The notes beneath the pieces were generated by a model, which was not told where the DNA came from, ran no database searches, and worked only from the letters and a program-made list of their open reading frames with translations. From Yuukianura sp. NJ FZ-2021 (taxonomy: Eukaryota): a DNA stretch of 64,000 nucleotides. Shown here one piece after another: positions 52,143-64,000 of the stretch; the first letter of the stretch is position 1; each line of letters opens with the position of its first letter. The translations under genes were made by a program, and so were the position numbers. The stretch lies in contig CM102285.1 in NCBI GenBank assembly GCA_046563655.1, positions 4,402,001 to 4,466,000 of the forward strand, in the 5' to 3' direction.

Positions 52143-55100
52143 CTAACTGACTCTTTCATGTCCAACCGGAAATCCGTGAATCCACCACTCGACTTTGAAG
52201 TAACGTTGAAGTTGTTGTATGTTTGGTAGTTCACGTTTCTAAGGTCAAATTTCCAAATTCAAGCCAAAATTTCGTTTAAACAATTTTGGATTAACGCTGA
52301 GTAGATAAAATATTTGAGATAGGCTCACCTTCAAGTCGCTCAGAAATTCACGCATCTTAGCCTCTGTTCCTAAATTGAATAAAATACAGATACATATATA
52401 TTTATTATACATAAATAATGTAATTATTATTTTATATACTACCCTAAACCCTGGCGTATAAACCGCGGGCTATACGACGTTTTTCTGACCCCAAATGGAA
52501 TAGGAAAAGAAAGTTATTTCTTAAGTTTAAATCTAGTTTTCCGATTTTTAATTTTTTCTCCTCGTTTACATTTGAATGCCTGAAGTAGGCGAAAATGACT
52601 TTTAAATAAAGTCCGAGTTGAGTCAAAATCAAAACACTAGCTTGTTTCAAATAAAAGATTATAATCCTCCGCGGATTAACCCGGCTTGGATTATAATCGA
52701 TTAATTTGAGTGTATCCGATTTTTTCGGCCGATTGTCAGCTGATGTGGAATGGCGGGAATTGAAAATTTCAAAAATAACAACAGTGGGTGGTGATGGTCG
52801 GGTGGAGGGAGCAGATTAATCCAAGAGAATCGTGGTTTTTGTGGATTCTTTTTTGGCCGATTATAATCCAAAAATTGGCGCACAGCGCCTGCGCACCACC
52901 TCAGATTAATCTGACTTGGCAGATTAATCTGAAAAGCGATTATAATCGCTTTATTTGAAACAAGCTACTGTTATGAAAACTGCTTATAACCGGCGTTGTA
53001 TTACTTCCGGTGAGTATTTCGTTTTGACTTCATGTTGGCAATGTTTAAGAAACAAAATAATTCGAGGAAATTAAACAGCAAAACAACTTTTACCTTCACA
53101 CCATTGCTGTCAAAGTAGAAAACTGGAAAATTAAACTAATTAAAAAAACTAAATTAAATAATAATGATTGCTGAAAATATTTCTGAAAGATTAAAAATAT
53201 TCCTGTGACAGCACTATTTTTCGTCTTTTAACCATAATAAAACGGTAATCGTGACCGTTTAACTTAACAGGCCTACACCACTCACCTGTGTCAGAGGTGG
53301 TAAAATTTGTATTTAGGTTTAAATTGTAAATTGTTTAGTGCGGGGTATACGCCAGGATTTAGGGTATATTATATGTATAACTCAGGTACTATGTATTACC
53401 AAGGTCGATGCTGGGTTTTATTTTGTGATAAAAGAAAATGTCCTTCATGCTTGTCAACATAGAAGCTTTTGCACTGCAAATCAATCTGGAAATAACATCT
53501 TCAAATCCGCCCATGCGGATGTACTCAAGTCGTTCCAGCTCTAAATGATAAGTTGCATTATAAATTCTTAATTCTTAATTCATATGACATGACATATAAA
53601 ATAAGTTATTGATATGATATTGTATTGTCGTAACACAACATTATACGTTTGCTAGGACGTGACTTACTCTTGAACGACACGACGTGCGGCTTAGCTCCAC
53701 ACTCAAGGGCAAAGTCCTGTTGTTCCATGTTGTAGCAGTTGTGGCTACATGTAAAAGCAATTACGAGGCAACGGACATGCTCGAAGTGGTTGAACAGACA
53801 AATCAGATTGCGCGTAACTTCGTTGTCCAGCCGGAGTTTAGTTACATTTGGGAAGAGTTTGTAGTAGGGCAGAGGTGTGTAGGTCCGTTCAGAGTTCATT
53901 GTTACTCCGAGTCGAAATTCCACAACATTTGGGTAGACATTGGAAAGGTCAACTGGAAAATCCAGCTCAGTGAATTCAGCTTGATTTTCACATACAACGA
54001 CACGCTTGAGTTGCGGGAGCTGCGTTGGGCTTAGAACCTTCAACGGATTTTCCAACCACGTGACTGGCCTAGTCTCCAGTGAGTGAACGCGCGGAAAGAC
54101 GCCCAACAAAGCCAATTCTTTGTGGGGTCGTATGTTGATGGCTACTATATTCCTGATCTGATCCATCCATACGCGTTGACATTTGTTGGTAACTGAACAC
54201 AACATAGCGTAACATGACAAAAGAACATGCTTATATACAGTGTTCCGTAAAAAGGGCTTTCTTAAAGTCGATGCTTTGCTGTTTTGCTATAGATTTTTTT
54301 TTGCTTTTTTTGCTTTTTATGCTGTAAAAGCAAAATGTTGCTGTAAATGCCACTGTAAGGATTGTGGCCGAAATCTACTAACTTGGAATTGACGTATTAT
54401 ACGTCAAAATTACTTTACACTTGTTAAATAACGTTACTAAAGTTGGTTTATGGCCGTTTTCTCATAGAAAACGTAGAATTTGTCTTAAAAAATAGTTAAT
54501 TAATTGCACTTTCAAGAACAGCAAACTTTAAAATAAGCAGGGCGTGAAAATCGATGCTTGTTTTTTTCTGCTTTTAAAGCAAAAACAGCAAGCAAAAAAA
54601 AAGCATTTGCTTTAAAGCACTTCGGAACACTATAGCATAACAACAGAATCCCGTTACCGAGTCGCTTGATGTCCAGAGCGTTCGGCGCAACTTTGAGCCT
54701 CCGTGCGTTTGCGTCGAACCACTGTTGGGAATATTCTTGAATTTCGCTCCTCTCCGGATCGTACTCAAGGTGTTGCAGATTCGGTCCTAACTCACGCAGC
54801 ATGTCGTCACGGCTATGCCGAGGAAGACGAGGTTTTGCTGTAATAAATTCCAATGCAGGAGCATTCCCCACGACGGCCTTAACCCAGTGGTAGATCCTGA
54901 AAATATTTGTAAATTAGTCTTTTTTGCAACAAAAAGATCCTCTTGAGAAAAAAGGATCTTAAAAACACTTCTCTCTTTGAACTAACGGAATTCCTCCGAC
55001 AATTAAATAGAGTGAAGGTTAATGGCGGGAGAGTTGATCCCTTAAATTAAATTAGTGTTACGGAGAGTGCGAAATAGGCCCAAAAGTGCGCCTCATCGCC

Positions 55101-56497
55101 GTGATACTCTTTGTGCCTAATGCACCTAGAGATCCCTCTGAAAAACATACATATAACATTTTTTTTACTCGAGAGACACCGCAAAACTTAAAGTTACTGG
55201 AGGGATACCAAATTTATACAAATTCAATGTTCATGGTTTTGGTAGTCCGCCCGTAGCTGTGACATCCTCTAACAAGGCCGATAACGGTAGGGTCCATTTA
55301 ACCAACCAATGAGAATGAGTCGCAAAAAGAGAGGTATCTCTGTACTAACAAACTGCAACACTTGTGAATTCAACATTTAGGTTAGGTTAGGTCTGAAGAT
55401 ACTGAAGTCTATTGGTCAACGGATTGCAGAATACACTGGTGAACAAAAAGCCACGTCCTTCTTTTTGCAGAGAATCAGTCTTGAAATGCAACGCGGTAAC
55501 TGTGCCTCCATCTTAGGGACTCTTCCTCCCGGAAGAGAATTATACGAAATTTTCTATCTTTAGTCTTTAAGTTTCACCCAAGTGCTATTTAAATTTCTGT
55601 AAACTCTAAGCAAAACGTTGAAAATTAAATTTCAATTTAGGTTAGGTTAAAGTTTAACTTAACCTAAATAGTCAATTCCCGTTACAATTTAGTTTAACCG
55701 TTAAACTAGATTTTAACAGGATTTTCAACCAAGCAAGAATTGTAGTCAAAGTTTAATATCATTAAATTCTAAGCTTACTCGCCCCAGTAAACGTCAAGGA
55801 TAGAAAGTCGCGGAAGGACGGGAACAGAAGTTGCATCCGACAGCAATTCTTCACCACCGCAGGGCCGAATCCTAATTTGGAGAACTTCCAGCGAGTGGCT
55901 CACTTTGTGTAGAAGAACGCTGATTCGTTCCAGTCCTGCCTTCTGAGTAAATTTAAGAGGTTCAAACGGATAGTCGTCATCCTCCATGTAGTCGTCAGTA
56001 TTGAAATCCTTGATGCACAATTCCACGATGCAGTTTGCGTAGAGTGTTCCAAAGGCATTGAGCTGGGCATCAGTTCCAGCATGGATGTTCCACAGAAATC
56101 GCTGAAATGGAATTAGTGTCTCAGCCCTGCCGAATGTGGACAGGAACAGTTCCATTTGCTCCTTTGTTTGAAGGGAAATGTAGTGCAAAGACTTAAGGAA
56201 ATTTGAATTCGAAAATTTCATTTTCCACAGAAAAAGTTGGTTCCATTGGGAGCAAACGAGTCGAGTGGAACACAAGTCTTGGACGTTGAGATTTTCGAAT
56301 ATCTGCTCTAAAACCTGTATTATGAAAATAAATAACAAAATGAAACAAAAATTATATACAGTAATATAGGACAATATAGGATACAAGCTTAAGTTGAAAA
56401 TATTTTCTAAAATTATTGAATCCGTGTAACTGTTTATTTAGCTATGTTTGCTCAAATTAAGACAACATCAAATTACCAATTGTGGAAGACGATTCAT
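52143..56497 (-). CDS. F-box protein with degenerate LRR-like C-terminus, multi-exon
   Basis: MNRLPQL|VLEQIFENLNVQDLCSTRLVCSQWN (F-box). Later exons carry LPQLKRV, YPNVVEF, FPNVTKL and LPNIQQL repeats. The 3' exons were inferred by eye. Confidence 0.75.
52442..53364. mobile_element. pogo-like MITE in F-box gene intron
   Basis: TA|CCCTAAACCCTGGCGTATA ... TATACGCCAGGATTTAGGG|TA. Confidence 0.8.
52639..52966. mobile_element. Nested MITE with 3-bp TSD (PIF/Harbinger-like)
   Basis: ACT|AGCTTGTTTCAAATAAA ... TTTATTTGAAACAAGCT|ACT, with internal GATTATAATC/GATTAATC palindromes. Confidence 0.8.
54238..54632. mobile_element. Decayed intronic MITE
   Basis: CAGTGTTCCG ... CGGAACACTA ends with mirrored TTTGCT / AGCAAA subterminal motifs; no clear TSD. 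Confidence 0.5.
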
Positions 56498-57683
56498 GTC
56501 AGTACAAGGTGCCACAAATTTTGAAATCAAGAATTTAAGGTGCAGTAGCACTGAGTCTCCGCAATGCAATTTGAAAACTGTCTTTTCCTAAATCTGAAAA
56601 AAAAGGAATTTTGAAACGAAGAGCTTTGTGTCCCACAACTATTAAGTGACTTTTATTTTAAGAACCGCCACAAGGGAAAACACAAAATGAAGAACGAAAT
56701 GAAGACCTGTCGAGCCAAAGTCAAAGAAACCATACAAAACAGTTTCAAAATCACAGCATTTTTTCAAAAATCTGATTTTACGAGAAAAAAAGAATACAGT
56801 GTGCTTCAAATTAATAAAATATTGCAATATACTTCCAGAACTTCCAGAAAAAAAAATATCGCTCCAAAAAAACTCCATTTTCGAAAACGTTTTTTGGAAT
56901 CTTTATGAAGCCATGGAAACTTCACTTTTCGAGGACATTCCACCCAAAAATGAAAATACTCCAGCGACGTCTGGGTCAAACTAAACTTGCGCCAAAAATT
57001 TAAACTCGCCGTGGTCACCGTGGTCACCGTGACACCGTAGTCACCGTTTTAAGTAGTGGAACGTTGTTAACTTAATTTCCTTCGCTTCACGTTCAAATCT
57101 TCGCGGAATTCAAATGGCACAGCCTCCCCTGGTGGATGATCAGCCTCTAGTATGGGAAACGGAGACTCCAGATTCAGCGATTGGAGGGATTGCTTTTTCC
57201 TCAACACGATTGGACAACTCCTTCGGTCCAGACAGCTTCTTTTGAAATCAGCGTCGGGACGGACAGTGCCAAGTATTTCAGCGATGGAAAATGAATGTTG
57301 AGAAAAATTGCATTGGTGAAGATCAGGTCCATGTCGCAGTGCTGAACATCTTTCAGTCCAAAGTTACAATCAGAATTTATGATGAACAGTTTAAATAAAA
57401 TGAAAATTAAATCTTTCATGTCATGCTCAAATTCCGATTTCACGCCGTGTATCACAACAAGTTGAATTTTGAACCGAAATATTGAAAATGTGAAAGGAAA
57501 GAAGCACACATCTTATCTTTACTTCAAATGATTTGTTTATTAGGAAGAATTTTCGCCTCTGAGCAAAAGAATGTAATAAATTCAAAATTAATTAACCTGT
57601 TTGCCCGTCGTAACATAATTTGCCTCACAAAAACTCCAAAATAGTGGAATTGGATCTAAATATAGTACCTTGAACTGGAGGTA

Positions 57684-58385
57684 CCGTATTTTCTCGCAGA
57701 TAAGCCGCGGCTTATCTGTGAATTTTCAGAAAATTTGGAATGAGGAGAAATTTTTTCCCCCGAAATTCGTCAAAAACCATTGTTAATAATGCATAAAACT
57801 ATGTTTTGAGGCCCTTTCTAAGACTAAACTAAACATTAATCTATTGCTCGCTCATTAGATTCGTCGAGCAGATCACCCGACATAAATAAACCTTAAATGA
57901 ACGCAGAAGATGAAAGGTTTAAGATGAATTTAACTTTGTTTAATTCATTTAATTGAATTTAAATTTATTTAAGACTAAATGAAACTTTCCGGCACATAAA
58001 GAAGCCGACCTTGACCAATAGCATGAAATAAAATGAAGTAAAATGGACTTTTTCCTATAGCTTAAACCGGAGTTTTGCCTAAATGAGAACCTTCTCTTCT
58101 GTTTTCGGTTTTTTGAAAAATGCCGAGGTTCTTCGGTTTAAACTGTTAAAATTTAAAAATTACATTTTAAATTGAAAATTAAAAGTAATTTAAAATTAAA
58201 GTTTTAAATTGAAAAACGAGTAGAAATTATGGAACTCCTTGGTTGTATTTTAAAAACAAAATTTAAAGCGCTGATGAGCAAAAATCTTTTTGTTTAATAC
58301 CCCTGTTTTTCCTGCTCTCACATGCATATACGGTTTTGAGACTGCGGCTTATACGCGAGAGCGGCTTATAGGCGAGAAAATACGG
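57684..58385. mobile_element. pogo-like MITE
   Basis: TA|CCGTATTTTCTCGC..ATAAGCCGC ... GCGGCTTATAGGCGAGAAAATACGG|TA. Confidence 0.88.
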
Positions 58386-59283
58386 TAGTTGCTGGAGGTG
58401 CGGCGGGATTTTCGAGATGTGATGGACATCCTCGACTAAGTCAACGCAGTTGCTGGGTGATTCAGTGCACGGCCGGGGAAATGTTTACGTTTGAAAACTT
58501 CATTGTCCTTACGACAGTCACCACCTGCATTTTACTTACGCTCAACCAAGGTTACTATAGCAACCAATCTACAAATAGTCTACAAGAGGTTATCCAGTAG
58601 TTCGGGGTTTGCAAAAATCTTCCTTCAAACAATTTTTCCCCCCAATTTTCCCCCAATTCCTATTAAATTACATACAAATCATTACCATAGAAAGGCATGG
58701 CGACGCAAGTTTTGCAAATTATTTGAGAAAATTAAAAACATCGACTTACTGGATAACCTGGTGTAGAATAAACAATTTCTTTTTTTTTTTTTTTTTTTTT
58801 TTTTTACCCACCTTGCGCTCAACCTAGTTTTGTTGAAAACATTCAACTAATCTTACACATCATTTTAAGACCCACACTCCCAAATTATGAAAAATGTTTA
58901 GATTATTTCAATCCTGTTAATTAATTTCCGAAGGAAATTCATATTTGGCGCGTTTACCGTTTATTGTCCGTTTATTGCTCTGCTGGAAGTACTATTAAAA
59001 AAAAAGATCTTTGTGCATTCTTTTAATAGTAAAGTCAAAGAATTTGTAGTAGCATCCTGCTTACTGGGGATAAAAGGTTAATTTTATTAAGTTGATTCCA
59101 TTACACTAACTTGATTACTTTCCAGCAAGTTGAAATAATTCTAGTTTTTCCACATCCATCGTCGTACAAAATTATCACGTTTCAATACGTTCAGTGGCTT
59201 AAAAGTAATTTACTGCGTATTTCCCTTTTCAGACACTACCGGAAGTTGTTGTAGTACTAGGCTATTCACTTCTCTCTTTTTTT

Positions 59284-59706
59284 TTAACTTTTCAACTTCA
59301 AATCTGGAGGAAGGTCAGCCAAAAAGTTATACAACTTAGGTTTAAATTTATTTTCAAGCGACAATACTTGAAGTTTTTTCTTACACCAACTATTACAATT
59401 GTGATACAGTAAATTATATTTCCACTGCGGGTCATAGGTATCCACCCAAATATTCTTCAATAATTTCATCCCTTTTGCAGGATGTACTTGAATTTGCTTC
59501 GCATAATATTCGTCAATAATTTTATTATATTTTGATTTCCCTCTATACCGGTCACATATGATTTGGACCACTTTGCTTCTATCTCTTGTTAGTTCAGCTC
59601 TAATGGCAAAGTGTCCACCGTTCAAAACTCCCTCAACTACCAAGGCAGAATGCGTTCCATTGAAGTATAAATTGTTCTGCTGAGCATTTTGAATTTCTTC
59701 TTTTTT
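59284..59706 (-). CDS. Permuted papain-fold (PPPDE/LRAT-like) domain, in the -1 frame relative to the upstream NACHT ORF
   Basis: THSALVVEG ... YNLLYHNCNSWC (His before Cys, with Y-x-LL-x-x-NC motif); overlaps the tail of ORF 59637-63980. Confidence 0.65.
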   Translation of the reverse strand, partial: KKEEIQNAQQNNLYFNGTHSALVVEGVLNGGHFAIRAELTRDRSKVVQIICDRYRGKSKYNKIIDEYYAKQIQVHPAKGMKLLKNIWVDTYDPQWKYNLLYHNCNSWCKKKLQVLSLENKFKPKLYNFLADLPPDLKLKS

Positions 59707-62700
59707 GCAATAATTGTAACTGTCCATTTCTTCGTCAAGTCACACTTTTGTTCAGAGTCAGGGTTTAAAATTGAATAGGAGTAGTCTGTCACTGGTAAAA
59801 ACAGACTGCAAAATGGCTTATAAGTTTCGTTTTTAGGAGAACCCCGTGAACTATGAAATTTAAAGAGTGAGTGATCTCTTTCATTCACATATAGGGAGTT
59901 AGAAATGTCAACGTCCCTGAATGAAAGACACGAACTTGAATTTTGAGGCCCATCGACTTTCCACTGTTTGAATTTTGTCAATCTATGATCCTCAAAGTAA
60001 TGTCTTAGATTGGATGCATTGATCGTAATCCAACTTAATTCTCCCTCTTTAGTGCTCATTACAATACGAACTTGTTCAAACATTTTTTCAATTATTTGAA
60101 ATTTAAACCCCGAGTGAAATCCACGCAGGAATAATAAAGTTTTCAAGCTGATTGAGTCTAAAGTAATTAAGTCTCCATTACAAAACTGAGCTACAATCCA
60201 ATTCAATAGGTGACTGGAGCAAACTTTTACTGGATTCTCAGCATTTCGTTTGCTGTATTGTTTGACATTAACTATAAAAAAGAACTCTGATTCGCAGTAA
60301 CCTTGCAAAATCTTGTCCTGTAAAAGTATTGTACGATCGGGAGTATTATTACGGATGCAAAATTTCTTTTCATATGCAACTTTCACCATATTGTGTGTGT
60401 TTTTGTTTAGATCCCAAATGCCAAGTTCCTTCAGGTCGTTGCACTTGTTTGGAGTAATGTACGACATATTTCTTAAATTTGGATCAAAAGTGAATATCCC
60501 ATACTCAGGAGGGGCGGTAAAAGATAAATTGCAAACCAACTCTAAAAACACTTCGTCAGAACCAGATTCAACAACACTATAACACAAAAATACGTCTAAA
60601 TTTCTAAAAACAATTTTCTGATAAGTTTGAAACAACCATAATTGAGCGCTAGGAAGTCTTGACGAAAGCATTACGGGTGGTATACTCTTTATTGTAATAG
60701 CGCTGCCATTCCGAGGATTGTATCCAACCAGCCTATGTCGATCATAGGAACCAACGTACGAAATTCGAAAATACAGCACGACAAGGTTACGTGGAGTTAT
60801 TAACACCCCATATTCGTCGGATGGAACCAATAAATTATCTTCTTCGGAGTCAAATTCATGTGAAAATCCAAAGAGACGAGCAGAAATCTTTTTCAATGTG
60901 AAATCATCCTCTACAGAATAAAATTCCACGGAATACAGCCATTTTGAACTGGGCTCAACACGAAAGAAAACGCATAAACTACCATCCTCCGAGAAAAATT
61001 TCTCTAACCGATGTTTGATCACTCTCCTATTTGCTTCTGGTAAGACCGACTCTAATTTTTCAAAATGTAAAGCACTTTCAAAAATATAAACCAAATAGGT
61101 TTCTTTTTCTTTTGTACATAGAAATTCAGCAAGTGTTTCTGAATCCTTGAGTACATTGTGACATAGCACTCCGGTGTCAGCATTATACACAGCAATCGAC
61201 GTGTCGTACAATTTACCAATAAACGCCAAATTTTCAGAAATGAACCATCGGTTTTCTTTCTTTGCTACGCGATTCTCCAATTTTGTTTCCCATTTAACAT
61301 CGTACTCTTGCAAAGCAAAAACCATTTCATGAGAATAAACAATCTGCTCAGTTTCAGATTTTTGTAAAACTTCAAAATGTGTTTTCAATTTATATTTATT
61401 TTCCATAACACAAAGAACTTCTTTCTTCTTCAAGTCAAAAAAGTAAATTTTGTTCTCACTAGACAAAGTTAAAATTGAACTTCCACCATTGTATAATGTT
61501 CCGGAATGGTATATTGAAACTTCTGACAGAAAAGTTTTTCCGCGTAGGTAAGATAAATCGTCATCATGTATAGCATTTTGGGAGAAAAGTTCAAAGTCAA
61601 TACTTTCTTTATGCCGTAGAATAGGTTGCTTATTGTGTATATAAGACACATGCGCGACATTTTCCGGAACAGTGGCTACGTCAACACTTTTGCTTGTATA
61701 ACAAATAGAAACGAGAATTTGGAATCTACCGAACGGAAACCAACAGAATTTAAGGCAAGACACTGTCGCACCGTATCTGTATTTTTTGTTGATTTTGTAA
61801 ATTGACAAGAATTTTTCTTTGTCACAGAACTCCGGAACGTCATTCCGAAAAACCACAAAAAATTTGTTTTCACTTTCAGAAAGTTTAAGAGCACTCAAAC
61901 AGGAAGTCAAATACCGATTCGTCGGCTCAAATGCACCACATTTCACAATCGAATTCGAATTTAGTTCCCACCAATACTGCGGCTCAGAAACGGAAATACA
62001 CTCTGGTAGTAAGTTCTTTCCAGGTTTCCGTTTTTGATTTTCTTTAAAAAGTAATAAAATTACACAATCTGCACCTTTCATTAAGAAAGGCAAATATTTA
62101 TCACCTTCAGTGGGGAGCATGTGTTTCCTGTACTTCTTTTCAGTTAATTTTCTGATATCAATTGACTCTGCTCTTTTCAAATAAAAATCTTTATCCAACT
62201 CATAATTTTTAACATACAATTGGGTTACTCCAGGAGTATCTGTTGGTCCTTCGCAGCATACGGCGATTTGGTACAAATCTCCGGTTCTGTGACACAAAAT
62301 ATCATGTACGACGACACTATTGGAATCAAAAGATATTGGAGGAATTTGACCGAATGAACAATTTGAAAAGTTAACCCCTTGAAGTTTGCAACTTTGGAAC
62401 CACCCCTGATTCAATTCTGCATCTTTAAAATTTGCTCCACTAAAATCACTATTTCCACAAATCGAATTTCTAAAATTTGCTCCAGGAACTTGAATATTTT
62501 GAAAATTATCCTCTTCAGTCCATTGCCCAGAAAAACTATAACCACTTAAATTGAGTATTGTCAAAGCATTGGAAGCCATTAGCTGTATTCCAGGAAGAGT
62601 AGCTGACTTCCTAACAGTTCTTAATAGTAGATTTCGGAATTTTACATCCGTTTTAGCTCTACCCACAAGCATAGACAACGTACCGTGGAATTCTTGGTCG

Positions 62701-64000
62701 TTGACATTTCTTTGATTAATTGGAAAATAGACTCCATCCCTTCGTCTATTCCAATTGGAATAGTAGTTCAGAGCACTACGGAATTTTATGAAAACTTCTC
62801 TGCTCAAAAAATATTCAAACAGAGATAAATGGAGGAAACTGAAGACTTCACGATTTGAGTTAAAACGCAAAGGAGAAGAATCTCTCAGAAACAACAGATT
62901 TTCAAGTCGAGTTTCATCAGTATCCCGATCATTCTGAGGAAATAGCATTTCCTCTAAAGCTCTGTTTCTGAAAAAATTTTTACAATTGGGACTCCAAGGA
63001 ACCCACAAATTCCAATACACGGATTCACATGCTGAAATTTCACCGTTAGATACCACCCCTCCTTTGAGAAGAGCACAACGCATTGCTAAATTCTGCGAGT
63101 AACCAACCATATATTGACAAAGAACACTTCTATTTTTATAAAGGAGTTCATCATGTCCACTTTCGCGCATTCTATCAACTTGGTAATTGAACCACGCTTC
63201 CGTAAATTTATCATACAAAAGAACCTCTGTTCTACAAATTTCTTCCAACTTTTGTGTAAACTCTTCAGATACATTTTCTTTACTACTATTAGAGACAAGT
63301 TTTTCAGCTTCTATTAACTTTGGCAGCAACTGACAAAGTATAGTCAAAAGAAAAACATTCTGTGCCAATCCTTGTAATTCTGGAAGCCTGTCTAGAAACC
63401 AGTACTTGTATTCTGAATCATCTGCAGTTATTTCCCACTGGAGATGGTCCTTAGTAGTTGATTTTGTCATCATCCATGGGTCATTGACCGTTGAATCATA
63501 CTGAATGTTCTGTAGAAATAGTGGTACCTGACAAATATACTCATTAACAACATCTCGCTCTAGCGGCAAAATAGCATAACTACGTCGACGTTTTCTCTTA
63601 TCAACACCAAATATTTTTGAGATATGGATTCCGGCAGCTACATTTGTTCGGCAAAAAGTAATAGTTCGAACATCTTTAAATTCCTTACTGTCCCATTTGT
63701 TATCTTCCCACAAGTTCGACTTGACATTGAGCTCATCATATCCATCCAAAATTAAGACTAGCTCGTGTGAGCAGAGATGCAGGTACAATTTCTTAAGTTG
63801 ATCATCCTGAATTTCAGTTGGAAAGTATTTTCTGTGTTCCATAATGTAACTAAACAAGATATCCGATCTGAAACTACATGATGCTCGAGATTTCTGTCTT
63901 TCGATCATTTCCGCAACTCGGTTTAACGGAACGTACATAGGAATTTTGTGTTGAATCTCTGGTGCTGAAGAGTCGTACAACCTTTTAGTTAATTTTAGAG
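59637..64000 (-). CDS. Intronless NACHT NTPase + pentapeptide repeats + degenerate beta-propeller (NLR-like); 5' end beyond window
   Basis: More than 1447 codons, open to the window edge. Walker B LVLILDGYDEL, TFCRT, winged helix FSFLHLSLFEYF, ASNALTIL..FSG..IQVPGANF..SDFSGANFKDAEL..CKLQGVNF pentapeptides, then a long beta-rich region. Confidence 0.85.
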   Translation of the reverse strand, partial: LKLTKRLYDSSAPEIQHKIPMYVPLNRVAEMIERQKSRASCSFRSDILFSYIMEHRKYFPTEIQDDQLKKLYLHLCSHELVLILDGYDELNVKSNLWEDNKWDSKEFKDVRTITFCRTNVAAGIHISKIFGVDKRKRRRSYAILPLERDVVNEYICQVPLFLQNIQYDSTVNDPWMMTKSTTKDHLQWEITADDSEYKYWFLDRLPELQGLAQNVFLLTILCQLLPKLIEAEKLVSNSSKENVSEEFTQKLEEICRTEVLLYDKFTEAWFNYQVDRMRESGHDELLYKNRSVLCQYMVGYSQNLAMRCALLKGGVVSNGEISACESVYWNLWVPWSPNCKNFFRNRALEEMLFPQNDRDTDETRLENLLFLRDSSPLRFNSNREVFSFLHLSLFEYFLSREVFIKFRSALNYYSNWNRRRDGVYFPINQRNVNDQEFHGTLSMLVGRAKTDVKFRNLLLRTVRKSATLPGIQLMASNALTILNLSGYSFSGQWTEEDNFQNIQVPGANFRNSICGNSDFSGANFKDAELNQGWFQSCKLQGVNFSNCSFGQIPPISFDSNSVVVHDILCHRTGDLYQIAVCCEGPTDTPGVTQLYVKNYELDKDFYLKRAESIDIRKLTEKKYRKHMLPTEGDKYLPFLMKGADCVILLLFKENQKRKPGKNLLPECISVSEPQYWWELNSNSIVKCGAFEPTNRYLTSCLSALKLSESENKFFVVFRNDVPEFCDKEKFLSIYKINKKYRYGATVSCLKFCWFPFGRFQILVSICYTSKSVDVATVPENVAHVSYIHNKQPILRHKESIDFELFSQNAIHDDDLSYLRGKTFLSEVSIYHSGTLYNGGSSILTLSSENKIYFFDLKKKEVLCVMENKYKLKTHFEVLQKSETEQIVYSHEMVFALQEYDVKWETKLENRVAKKENRWFISENLAFIGKLYDTSIAVYNADTGVLCHNVLKDSETLAEFLCTKEKETYLVYIFESALHFEKLESVLPEANRRVIKHRLEKFFSEDGSLCVFFRVEPSSKWLYSVEFYSVEDDFTLKKISARLFGFSHEFDSEEDNLLVPSDEYGVLITPRNLVVLYFRISYVGSYDRHRLVGYNPRNGSAITIKSIPPVMLSSRLPSAQLWLFQTYQKIVFRNLDVFLCYSVVESGSDEVFLELVCNLSFTAPPEYGIFTFDPNLRNMSYITPNKCNDLKELGIWDLNKNTHNMVKVAYEKKFCIRNNTPDRTILLQDKILQGYCESEFFFIVNVKQYSKRNAENPVKVCSSHLLNWIVAQFCNGDLITLDSISLKTLLFLRGFHSGFKFQIIEKMFEQVRIVMSTKEGELSWITINASNLRHYFEDHRLTKFKQWKVDGPQNSSSCLSFRDVDISNSLYVNERDHSLFKFHSSRGSPKNETYKPFCSLFLPVTDYSYSILNPDSEQKCDLTKKWTVTIIAKKKKFKMLSRTIYTSMERILPW

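Noticed and set aside
57113..57370. Coding-like GC-richer stretch starting ATGGCACAGCCT
   Set aside because: All three plus frames hit stops quickly and no family could be recognised; possibly a gene remnant, but unsupported.

Overview
AT-rich, intron-rich eukaryotic genomic DNA. The gene content suggests an arthropod, most likely a hexapod such as a springtail; this is inference from H4 starting TGRG, a JHAMT-like gene, a 7TM chemoreceptor, a clan-2 CYP and an F-box gene. Genes from left to right: secreted EF-hand protein; secreted five-module Cys-rich defensin-like protein split by a TE-filled intron; chemoreceptor; Gly-rich peptide; 2OG-Fe(II) oxygenase; cytochrome P450; secreted catalytically degenerate prolyl-oligopeptidase homologue; small secreted peptide; P450 fragment; Cys-loop channel with a hAT-type element inside a coding exon; JHAMT-like methyltransferase; intact intron-containing Tigger/pogo transposon; a microprotein with myristoylation and CaaX motifs; FANCJ/BRIP1; a 5S rRNA gene linked to a co-oriented H1-H4-H2A-H2B cluster lacking H3; an F-box gene; and, running off the right edge, an intronless NACHT-pentapeptide-propeller NLR-like ORF followed in the -1 frame, at an A-AAA-AAG site, by a PPPDE/LRAT-like thiol-enzyme domain. 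About a dozen TIR elements are interspersed. Exon boundaries were read by eye and family assignments rest on motif recognition; no database searches were run.
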